DNA of 64,000 nucleotides, from contig JAQGDQ010000802.1 of the NCBI GenBank assembly GCA_030141605.1, positions 29,894-93,893 of the forward strand, read 5' to 3'. The translations under genes were made by a program, and so were the position numbers. Position 1 is the stretch's first letter; each line of letters begins with the position of its first letter. Positions 1 to 12,400 of this stretch are shown in pieces. Below the pieces are notes generated by a model. It ran no database searches. It saw only the letters and a program-made list of their open reading frames with translations, and was not told the DNA's origin. The DNA is from Tubiluchus corallicola (taxonomy: Eukaryota; Animalia; Priapulida).

Positions 1-265
1 TAAGTTATGCTTTTGCACATTTCCATTCCCTTATCATGGATCAGCCATGATATGTCACATTGTCCACCCCCTCTTCCTGGATCCACGTCGCCTACCCCTG
101 TTTTTTTTAAGCTATGTTAAGTTATGCTTTTGCACATTTCCATTCCCTTATCATGGATCAGCCACCATATGTCACATTGTCCACCACCTTGTAGATCAGC
201 CCCCTGCTTGAATTGTCCACCCCCTCTTCCTGGATCCACGTCGCCTTCCCCTGTTTTTTGCAAGC
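1..265. repeat. Imperfect local duplication, ~117-bp unit
   Basis: TAAGTTATGCTTTTGCACATTTCC at 1 and 118; TTGTCCACCCCCTCTTCCTGGATCC at 60 and 213. Confidence 0.8.
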
Positions 266-328
266 TGTGTCAAGTTAGCAGAAGATAAAATGCCTTGTTT
301 ATGAATTACGACCTATACTTTGGAACAG

Positions 329-457
329 GTGCTGTACCCAAGCCTCCGGCGGCCGCTTTGCTAAACCCTCTAAACCAAAAGATTCTCATTCCGGGTGCTG
401 TGGCGAATAGGGAAGACCATCACTCTCCTCCTCTTCCGCGAGTCACGGAGACAAAAG
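329..457 (+). CDS. PHLDB1: PHLDB-like exon (GAVPKPP...RVTETK)
   Basis: aacag|GT acceptor, AAG|gtaag donor; 129 nt open, phase 1/1, matches next exon. No recognised conserved motif. Confidence 0.7.
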
Positions 458-3400
458 GTAAGTGGATTTTATAATGTGGAGTAAATGTTAAAGGAAAACC
501 GGATGATTGTGTAAACACGAGTTCCGAATTAAGAATGCTCTAAAATATTGAAAACTACAACAACTTTTTTTAAATCATAGCTTAGATTAAATAATAATTA
601 CCACGAATAGTTAAATTTTGTCATACTTTCAAAACTACATGCGGCTCAGTGAATGTACTAAGATTGGCAATTTTGCTTTTTTGTCACATTCGCGTGACCG
701 ACAAATAGGTGCTGTACCGTGATAAGCATGATCATGAACTGCCGTGTTCGACTGTGACGTTAGTGTGACGCAGAGCTCATTTTCGTAGTAGCTTAACAAA
801 ATTTGAGTATCCGAGGTAATTATTATTTAATCTAAGCTTTGATTTAAAATAAGCTATTGTAGTTTTCAATATTTTAGAGCATTCTTCATTCTGAACTCGT
901 GTTTACACAATCACCCGGTTTTCTTTTAATTCCAATAAGTCTGAGTTGAAACATGGTGACATAATATTGCTGCTGCCATCTAGCGGTTAAATATGTCACA
1001 AATGGTTAACTTATAAATTTGGGCCAGAATATTGTACTTAATTGTAGTAAATTCTGAATTTTTAAATTTAATATTGAAAATACAAACAGTGGTGTGTACA
1101 TTTTAGTTTTTTCTACAAAGTTAAATGTTGGTATCGGAAGAAAAAGTAGCTTGGAATTTGATTTTTTTATATTCTTATTGCTGATGGAATAAGTTTTTAT
1201 GGCTGCCTGTTTCTGTGACCTAAAGCAAAACAAACGGGTTTTCAAGACATGTCTATTTAAAATATAATTTCTAAAATTTCGTTTGTCAGGTTTTTGAGAG
1301 AAAATTATTATTTAATTAACATTTATATGCGCATTTATCAAAATCTGCACGGTTTGTTAAAGACTAAACCTGGCAGTATGTTTGACTCGCTCTTATTACT
1401 GTTTGTCTTGCTACTCCAGAAGCGGAAAAGTCGATCGAGGAACAGGAGCAGGAGAAGAAGAAAGAGATTCACGCCTTGGACGACATTCTGAAGACGTGCG
1501 TCGAGTACGAGGAGCTAGCGCAGAAGGAGAAAGAAGAAACGATTAAAAAGCAGTTACAGAAGAAAGATCATCCAAGTCCCGGTAAGATTTTGCTGAAACT
1601 TACTGTATGCATATATATGTGTACAGTAAAGTTATACGGCAAAAAAGGTATACTATATATATTCTATATATATACTATACATAGTTATATATATATATAT
1701 ATATATAACTATATATATATACTATAATATATAGTTATATATAGTATATATATATATATATATATATACGTATATATAACTCAACGGCGAAGGTATACTA
1801 TATATATATTCTACATATTTGTGTGTGTGTGCGTGTGGGTAACTATATATAGTGTACCTTTTTTCGCTGTTGAGTTATATATACGTATATATATATATAT
1901 ATATATATACGAGGTGAAGTTATATATATAGAATATATGTATAACTTCACATCGAATATATCTATATACACATTCCCAGTGTGCATCACTGGCTCACCAA
2001 AAAACACCTTATTAACCTCATTGACTAAAAAAAGTGTTATATAAATGAAATATCTCATTGACAAAATGGAATAAATTGAACGTCTGTTTAGTTAGTGAAG
2101 AATGCATTTCAAATTCTCTGATTATTTTTTCAACCTTTACAAAATGTTATCTAAACTTGTTTCAAGCTACCTTAAATGGCTGCGCCCAACGGTCATTGCG
2201 AGAGTTTAAATTTACAAGTTTCATACATCGTTGCCACTAATACAAGCTCTGCACGCAATAAGACAGCGTGCACGTGATATAAAATTTGAAGGATTTTTTT
2301 AAAATGTTTTTATATTAAGAATGTGCTGTTCTTGTCCTTTAAATGCTGACGGCTACGTGTTGACTGGTAACTGAATTATTTGCGTAGGTTTGGTTGCCCT
2401 ACAGCTTGTAGCTTGTGGCCGATGGTCAGACTAGCCGATGTAGCTAAATTAAAGCCCTGTTCACATTGTTTTGCAGGCATCAAGACGAACGGATCGCTAC
2501 CTCGCGACACAAGAAGAAATAAATCGCCGAGCGGACCAAAAGCGTTTCCTCTCGCCCAGAAGTCGCCGGATGAAGTTCTCACTCCGCGTAGTCCGTTCCT
2601 CATCCGAGGTCCGCGATCGCCGAGTTCTCCCAGCGTGCAGCGGGGTAACCTCCACATGGGAATAAGTCACAAAGTCAAATCGCCCGTATGCACCTCGCCC
2701 CCTCATTCGTTTAACAGCGTGGAGGCGCCAAACCCCGACCGCCTCGCGGATCCGCTTTCCGTGGAAGTCGCGACTAGCGAAGCCTCTGGGGTTAATAACG
2801 TTTCACCAACACGAACAAAGGGACTGGCTACGACTGTTGTGATAGAAAACGTTAAAAAACCTGATCAGCCCGATAGCGCTATACCTCCGTATGAGCCTGT
2901 GGGTAAAATGAATGACGAGGCTGGCAATCAGACAGCATTGTTCGATAAAACCGATCACAAACAATCGCCAGTCAGTGCGACCGCTTTTGAACCAGTGAAT
3001 GTTTGTGTACGAAATGATGAAGTTTGCACAAATGCCGAAAGAAGTACGGATGTTGCACTCGAAGAAGCAACTAACGTACCCGTTTCGTCGGAAAAAATTC
3101 TCGTTCATACTGTAGTGTTGACCGGTGAGCCTCAGCCGCTGACCGTCTGTGAGACGAACTCTAAGTCTCCTGATAGCAAAGTGCCTTTTAATGCACCTTT
3201 AGAGGAAATAAGCGAAGAGAGCGAGGAAGCTTCCGATACGGACATTGATTTTGTTTTAAAAGTCGAAGAAATTGGAAGTCGCTCCGGAGCCGACGCAGAG
3301 ATTGTGTTAAAAATTGAGGAATGTGAACGCGGAGACTCGAAAGAGGTATCGAAAGAAACGCATTCAGATTCTGTAGTTGAAAGTGCAATGCCAGTGCGGG

Positions 3401-6400
3401 TTTCTGATAGTGGTGATGTCGTACCTGAGCTCGTAAACTCTCTCGTAGATACCATCGTGGACAAGTCGAGACCCTCGGATAAGCGAGACGAAACGTCCTT
3501 GCAGCTAGCGGAAATCAGACACAACAAGATCGATTTCGCGAAGAAAGTTGAAATCAGGGACAAGAAGTTGTTGACCGTGGAGACTTTACCGGTCAGATTT
3601 GTCCAGTCGCCGAAAGCACCGGTTTCTCCACGAAAGCCTAAACTACCTGCCTGTGATGATTTCGATTTTCCTACGGTGAGCATTGTACCTTGTTTTACCA
3701 TGTAGTTTATGAGTAGTTTTAGTAAAGGAAAACCGGACGATTGTGTAAACATTACAGAATAAAGAATGCTCTAAAGTATTGAAAACTACAATAGCTTTTA
3801 AATCAAAGCTTAAATTAAATAATAATTGTTTTGGATACTAAAATTTCGTTAAACTTTCAAAGCTGCGCGCAGCTCAGTGAATCTACTAAGATTGGCAACA
3901 TCGCCTTTTTGTCACACTCGCATGGCCGATAAATAGATGGCGATACCGTGATAAGCATGATCATGAACTGCAGTGTTAGTTTCTGACGTCATGTGATGTA
4001 AAGCCCATTTTCATGACATCATGCATTTAAATAGTACTGTAACACCTATGCAAATGTGCTGGACGCGCAAGGGAAGACGCCTACCATTGCACAAACTGTG
4101 GTTAGTTTGTGACGCAAGTGATAGCTGTGATCGGTTGCCGTTAATTAACTTTCTAAGCTAATTATTCAATTATATTTTGGACAGTAAATTAAAATGAGAA
4201 TGAGTCTAAACAATCATCCGGTTTTCCTTTAAGAAATGCAGGAAATCTTTGTAAGGCATTTGGCATCTACACAAATCTGGGTGTTTGCAAAGTCGGTTTA
4301 CAGTTTTGGAAATTTATTTAAATTGAATTAAAGGGACAGTTTAGTCAAGTTATAATTACGTACAGAGTGTTCGGAAAAGTTTGCACTCTTTTCTTCCAAT
4401 TCTTTTATGTGTGGCACCATTAACTCCATAGCACATGTGGAAGGCAGCGCAGAATGTAGCGATGGGCCCCTCACGCATTGGTAACATTTGGTAAATAATC
4501 TGTTTTTTTTCACTACGGTTGTGTTGAAATATGTGCTAATTTGGTTTGCAAGAAATAGTAAAATTCTGGTATTTCTTAAAGAATGTTTTTATTGACAAAC
4601 AAAAGACAGCCATTCTTGTTTATTTAAAGAATTAAGTTTAATTCAAGCCATGTAAATGTCACTAAAATGTGTCAAAGAGTAAAAAGTGTTCAAGACCAGT
4701 GCGGGCAAGTTAGATGGTGGCTTCGTCTGAGTGGGCCTCATAATTTTATTAGCCTAGTACATGATTCTCATTTTTGGACGCTTCTCCAAGATTATAAATA
4801 AGTTTTGGGATTTTTGTTGAACTTTTCTGAATGAACCACACTCAGTGTAAACGTGTTTAACTAAGCGAATCAGCGGAACTTTGTATGTTGTATTTACCTT
4901 GGACTGAATTATCCTTTTTTATTGTGTTTACTGTAAACTTTCGAAAGCGTAAAAAGACTTTGTGGGCACCCTGTACGTTGTGAGATCCAAAGAATTATGT
5001 TATTCCATTGTTTGTTGTTTTGAAATGTTTGCAGTTTATACTAAACAAACAGAGCCAGTTGACGAATCGGCTTTCTTATGTTGACGCTGACATATTTACA
5101 CTATTTACTTACATATGAATCACGCATATGTACGCTTCAGTTTGCTTTACCTATATTACTCTATGCTGATCTAAGGCATCTCCATTTATCCTAGTTTCTT
5201 TATCTGCACAGTCAAGAATTAACTGCATTATCCGTCGTAGAATTTGGCGTCGTTTGTTTTGGAGTGACTCAACGTTTGCGTAACAAAATGCGTAGTTACC
5301 TAGGCGATGAATGAGTTATTTTAAACTTCAAAATCTCTTCCTAATTCCACCTTCTGTGAATATTTACATACATTATGCGTTTACACACATTCAGCCGGGG
5401 GGGGGGGGGCGAAAGAATGTAGAAGAAGAATGGATGGAGGGGTTGTATGAACACAGACATACTCGAGTGACTTTCTTTCTTAATTGAAGTCATTACACTT
5501 TACATACGATTTGCTTCGTGTTTTTATACACGCTCGTGTGCGACACAGTTAACGGTTTGGCTAAAATGTGCAGTTTGTGACGACCTGCGAGAAATGCCTC
5601 TCCCCGCACGGGTCATTCCGCGTGCAACGTAGTTTGATCAGAATACATTCGCTTTTGAACGTTTGAGGTCCGCGCAAGTGGCGATGCCGTTTCCAAAGTT
5701 GTCGTATTTTTTACAGTGCGGTGGTTGTGTGCATTTCTGTTGTTGCAACATGGCAGTACGTATTGTCGACAGTCAACAGTGCAATTCTAGCGTGTTGCAA
5801 GTGTTTTGCAAACTTTGTATTATATCATAGCAACACATAGCAAAAATAGACAGTGTTGCATTTGAATGTACATTGCTTTAGAGATGCTAATAGAACAAAG
5901 AATATAATGCGGAATAATGGATGTTGTAATAGATTAGATTATATTAGATTAGTTTATTTTCACAACACATCACGTAAACCATCACAGGCTTGGTGGTAAA
6001 CATGAGCAACATGCAACACTCTTCATTCTTTCGTGGGCTGCATGCTTGGTGTAAACATGAGCAATATACAACGCTCTTCATTCCATTGTAGGCTGTATGC
6101 TTGGTGTAAACATGAGCAACATGCAATGCTCTTCATTCCATTGTGGGCTGCTTGCTCAGTGTAAACATGAGCAACATGCAACACTCTTCATTCCATTGTG
6201 GGCTGCTTGCTTGGTGTAAACATGAGTAACATGCAACACTCTTCATTCCATTGTAGGCTGCATGCTTGGTGTAAACGTGAACAATATGCAACACTCTTCA
6301 TTCCATTGTGGGCTGCATGCTTGGTGTAAATGTGAGCAATATGCAATGCTCTTCATTCCATTGTGGGCTGCTTGCTCAGTGTAAACATGAGCAACATGCA

Positions 6401-9400
6401 ATGCTCTTAATTCTATTGTGGGCTGTATGCCTGGTGTAAACATGAGCAATATGCAACACTCTTCGTTCTGCGACACCCGCTTTAGAGTCATGGGATGAGT
6501 ATGTATTTTGGAGTGTTGCATATGTTCATGAATGCGCCGAGGAAGCAGCCCACAATGGAATTAAGAGCATTGCATGTTGCTCATGTTTACACTGAGCAAG
6601 CAGCCCACAATGGAATGAAGAGCATTGCATATTGCTCATGTTTACACCAAGCAAATTTATTTATTTTTATTTACTATATTTATTAGTAAACAAAAACATA
6701 ATTCTTCTTATTGTAATATCCATCATTCTGTTTGTTTTATCAGTAGATTTAGACAACAGATGCCAAACCTATTAAAATATTGCCCTAGAGCAGTGGTTCC
6801 CAAAGTAGGGGTAAATTACCCCCCCCCCGGGGTAATATGGTTTTTTTGGGGGGTAACGGGCACCCCTCTGAAAATTTTTAAAACTTCGCTCGGAATGCAT
6901 TTTACGTAGTTTTCTTCTTGAAGAGACTGCCTCCGGCAGGCAACACTGTGTCATAATTACTCGAACGAACCTGCTCACTCAGTAATGAGCAGGTTCAGTA
7001 ATTGTAATTCTTGTTTTGGCAACAATACAACAACAACACCTGGAAATTTATTTATGTCACGAGCAAACATAAATAATTTTGCTTGCTTGTGGCATATACA
7101 TGTTTACTTTTTGAGTTGGAGAAGTAGTACTAGGTGGAGGGTAATGGATATGACCGGGTTTCCCGATTTGGGTAACGGTCCGAGAAAGTTTGGGAACCAC
7201 TGCCCTAGAGATCGCTATTGTCCCGTTAAATGAATGAATGAAAGGCAAGTATGGATGTAACTATTGAAGTACACAGCTGTTTTTAAGGGTTACCATATTA
7301 AATTGTCTGGTCAAGGATTACCAGCCGTTTATGATGCAAATCCAATGATGGATCAATTCTTGTTGATACTTTAAATGTAAATGATTGTTACACCAAGATC
7401 TCTGAGGCTAATTTGAATTGCATCTACTTATATTATCTTTTTTCATAGTTACTTTTTATCTCATAGCACTCACCTATAGTTTAGACGAGTTTACACTTAT
7501 GTGTGTGTTGGAGCCAGTGCTTGGTTTTCTCCCTCCCTTACTTCAGCTTACGTGGGAGCCCTTTTTTATTTTAACGCACTAGTTGTCGCTTATTGTATCG
7601 AGTACGCGATTGTGGTATTATGTGATCCGTTTAATCGTCAGTCTACTACACTAAAGTACTGATTTAGTACTATGCTGCCATCTACCCTCTAATTGTTCAA
7701 AGTTTGTCAGAGAGTGATTTTTTGCTTCTAAATATTGTTTCCTTTTGCTTTTAGAAATAGTCATTAATCAGAGTAATTAGGTTGTTAATTTCATGCTTTA
7801 ATTCTGGTTCTAACTCTCTTATTCACATTTAAATAGAGAAAAATTATAACATTATAACACAGCTTTCTGTAAACCAATAATCTTTATTCTGCTATCAAAG
7901 AAGCCAAGTAGACTTTGATTTTGGTTTGACTAGTAGTCTGTAGAGTATAGGTGACCTTTCCATTTATGGTCTGTATGCATGAATTTAATGTACCTTCCAA
8001 TAGGAACTTGTATGTCTGGTCATGTGATTAAAGCTTTATTCTCTTAGGCATGCAAGTTCCAGTTGATCAAAAGACAGCAATGTTAAAGGTTATGTTTTTG
8101 AGTGCTAGGTTTTCTCAATAAATTGTTTGTTGCTTTTATGCCACTGTGTGTGGAGAGAAATTTTATGGCAATAAAACAAGTTATACAGTTATTCTACATT
8201 CCACCATCATCTGTGAATATTGTATACGTTTTACAATATTCTGGATTGCAAATTTCTACACGAGTTGCGATTTTGTATAGTAACTAATAACATGGTTTTT
8301 TTTTTATTGCTCTAACCTTTTTTTATTTTAGCTAAATCTTAGCTAAAATAGTTTAAAAAGTAGAAAATTTCGTTTACATAATAGTTCGTGACATGCTTTT
8401 CACAGCAATACGGGGTATCTTCAGTGCTGACGACTGTGAAGTTTTAGGCTCTCCAGGCCCAGTCAACCAAAATTCCAAACCACGTTTGAATTAATTTGTG
8501 AAATATAAGCAGCAAAATATCTACAAAATAAAATTTCTTAATTTTAATGAAACATTATGTTCTTTAAACATTAACCATTAAGCAAACATAAATCCAAAAA
8601 CATGTTAACACATTAATTTTTTCTTGTGCTAACCACTCCATCAAACATGAGGTTCTATACTATAAAACATCCTTGTGTTTTTTATCTGTAATTTTGCATC
8701 ACATCGAACAAAAGGAAACAAACAAAAAACAAAATATTTTACTCATTTTAGAATTTTCTTCTTTCAGTTTTAATACTAGTTGGTTTTGCAAAAATGTCTC
8801 GGTTCGGTTTCGTTTCGGTTTCTTATGTTTGATAAATTTCGTTTCCGGTTTGTAAATTCAGTTTCAGTAACATCCCTGGTTTGAATCTTACACTTGACAA
8901 CAATCCTACTCAACACAGATGGTTGTAACGGGAACATAGGAACGTGGCTCATTGTCATTGATAATTGTCTGAGGCGAGGCACTAAACCAGCAGTGGTTCC
9001 TCAGCCATATAGTGATACCTACATTTCCAACTTCACCAAGGTAAATACTTGGACTGAATGACAAAGCAGTGACCTAAGTCGCTTTTGAGCACACCGGTCA
9101 CCCATTCATGCACTTATCAGACCCAACACTGCTTAACTTCAGTCGCTGAGTTCAAACACGGTTGCTTTTGAACCGACCGGTCATCCATTCATGCACTTAT
9201 CAGGCCCATTGCTGCTTAACTTCAGTCGCTGAGTTCAAACACGGATGATAATATCTGCTGGTGTTTTCTTGCAGGAAGGTGACCTGCAAAGCCACGTGGG
9301 GAGATTGAAGCAAAGCAAATCTGACTTAATCAAACGCATATCTGTATTAAAACATGACATAGTCGAAATAGAAACCCAACAGAATGAAGCCATTAGAGAG

Positions 9401-12400
9401 GTAAGACTCTTTCTCCTGCTTTAGTTATTTAATTCTAGGTGTTTTTTGAACGTTTTTAGAGTCATAATTTATGCTGCATTTGGCCCGAAACCTGCAAATT
9501 GATGCGTTTAAAGAATTTGTTCTTAAAGAGAGACATTACCTTTCCCTTAGAGTAAAATATTAAAGGCTAGACTGCCCACAAAAATCTGTTTCTGTCTTTT
9601 CGCATGAACTCAAAACGTGTCAATAGGGAGGAAGGAAAAAACTAAAAATTTTGCGAATTATTTGTGTTCTCTTTTTACGTTTTAGTTGGAGATGGAGAGA
9701 GCATTATTGGAGGGGGAACATCAGATACAGATGGAGAAGCTTCAGCAAGATCAGCATCGCATTAACGAGCTTAAAAACAAACAGGTTTCTTGTTTTATTC
9801 TCATTAGTCATTTCGAATTACAGTAAATCATGTTTTGTTCCATTTTCAGGGATGAGAATTTTTCGTGGATTCGCGGAATTCCGAGTTTTTGGAAGACCAG
9901 TAGTGCCATTTTTGTAAATCACATAAATTCGTTGAGAAAATGTTTACGGACCTAGTACATTATTTCACAAGCTGACCGCTAGGTGGCAGGCCGTCACTTT
10001 GGTTACATCACGTACATCAGTGTAACCACGTGTATATCTCTATGTATAAAAATATAGAATCAATTGTGCGGGGTTATTTGAGTCAATTGCAGACAGTTTT
10101 TATATACTTTTGCATAGGAGCGGCCAGTACTTAGGCGTTTTTGAGACAATTAGGTATCATGTATCCTTGATAGTTGGGTATTTTAAATTATGCATGAAAC
10201 AAGGTAATTGATATTTTAAATCCACTTAAAGGCTCTCTATGGTCACAAAATTGCAATTTCAACCCCATTGCATCCTTAAAGCCCCCGGCCTGTTTCAGAG
10301 TTTTTTGCAATTTGTCATTCTCATCCCTGCATTTTAAGCAGATCAACATGTTTGCTTTACTAGGTAGTTGACTATTGTTTAGTGTTCGCGAAAAATATTT
10401 GAAGCTTCTGATAATAAAAGTGAGATAAGTGTCTTGTGTAATTGGTAAAATCTCTTTAAAGTCACAATCATTTCACATTTGTTGATCTCCCATTTTGAAT
10501 GATCATTTTTCCGCTAATGACGTTTTGCACGGCCTGAATAGTTTGTCACCATCATTTTCCATCAAAAGTATGAGTTTTTACAGAAGGTCAGAAGTTAAGT
10601 GTACCCGACAATGCAGTTGTACTAGTAACAGTTTTAATAGCTAGCTAGAACCTTACCTAGTCCATTTTTTCTTGTTCCCAAGCAAGATCCTGCTAGTAAA
10701 TCACTCTACGCACAGATTAATGCATAGCTAAGTAAAGTCCACGTAAAACAACTGAAGTTACTGAACTGATGCGACAGAAGGCTTTGCTTACAGAAGAACT
10801 GTCACAATGAAGAAATGAATGAAAAAGTCACACCTCAGAAGTTAAGTGTACCAGACAACACATTTGTTTGCGCTTAATAACACCTCGCAGCCCAAGCTGT
10901 TGTAATAGTAACAGTTTTAATAGCTAGCTAGATTCTGCCTGTAAATCACTCTACTAATGCATAATTAAGTAAAGGCCATGTAAAGCAACTGAAGTTACAG
11001 AACTGATGCGGCAGACGACTTTACTTTACCCATTTGTAACGTAACAGTTGTAGTTAAAATGCGTCACTGTGGTACACTTAACCTTTGATCTATAGCAACT
11101 GTTCATGCGCGCAACGATACTGTGAAAACTATTCTTTAAGCAACTGAAGTTACTGAACTGATGCAGCAGATAACTTTGCTTTACCCACATGTCACGTAAC
11201 AGTTGTAGTTAAGATGCGTTGCTGAGGTACACTTAACCTTTGATCTACAGGAAATGTACATGCGCACAACGAAACTGTGAAAACTATTCTTTAAGCAACT
11301 GAAGTTAATGAACTGATGCAGCAGATAACTTTGCTTTACCCACATGTCACGTAACAGTTGTAGTTAAGATGCGTTGCTGTAGTACACTTAACCTTTGATC
11401 TGTAGCAATTGTTCGTGCACACAACGAAATTGTGAAAACTATTCTTTCCTGTTACGTATAACTTTCTAGCGTAATTCTAAGCAACATAACATTGTATGTA
11501 GCTTTTTGGGACATTATTAAAAATTCTCTTTTCTTTCTCTTCAACCAGATTGCCCTGGCGCAGACAGCGGCTGAAACTCGGGACTTCAGTCAGCAGCGTA
11601 TAGAGGAAGCCAGGATCAAGCTAGAAGTGATGGAGCATCGACTCTACGAGATGGAGCAGAGCTTAGAGGAAAGTCACAACGAGGAAGACGAGGATCGTTT
11701 GTTGGAGCGTTACAAGCGAGAACAAGAGGTGGGTGCTGCCATCTTGCATCACTGAATTGTATTAATTGCACGTATGAGAATACTACGCAGGAGACTGCAT
11801 AGGCACCGCTGTGACGCATTTGCCAATTATAGAAAAATGTGCTTTTCCGTTAAGAAATAACTGATTACAGACTGAGTGAACGTAATCTTAGGATGTTCTA
11901 TTATATATTGCTAATTTGTTTCATGTTTAACTTGTAAGCTTGTTTGCTTATCAATAAATTTGCTAGTTTTATGTTGTTATTGTGTTCAACTAAAGTTGGA
12001 ATAACATTAGTGTTGTTAATGCAATGCAACAAACATTTGTAGTTAAGACTTCTTCGGAAAGCGTTTTTGGGCATATAGGGACTATTTAGCTCAATCATTT
12101 TGATGAAAAATTTTTGACCTTCGGTTAATGGGTCAAGGTCACCTGCACGAAGATTCAAGAAAACGACTCCATATTGGAAAAGAAATGACAGAAATTCACT
12201 ATGATGATCTAGCATCATAATAAATGTAAATAGTTAGAGGTCATACAAAGGTCATAGTTCATAATATGCACAGAAAGGCTATCCATCAAAGTAGCAGTGG
12301 GGTGGCTAAGTCTCAACAACGTATTGTAGTGTGACAGCTTATCTGAGGTCAACATTATATGATGTACTATTTGAAGTCAAGGTTATCTGAGGTCAAGATT

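Noticed and set aside
326-338. CAGGTGCTGTACC at the first exon acceptor also occurs near 40998 and 47411, with variants near 707 and 52275 in repeats
   Set aside because: The match does not extend beyond ~13 bp, too little to claim TE exonisation.
2877-2889. SAIP in the large exon as a possible SxIP EB1-binding motif
   Set aside because: The surrounding residues are acidic, whereas functional SxIP motifs sit in basic, Ser-rich context.
3132-3752. 206-aa minus-strand ORF
   Set aside because: Antisense shadow of the large PHLDB exon.
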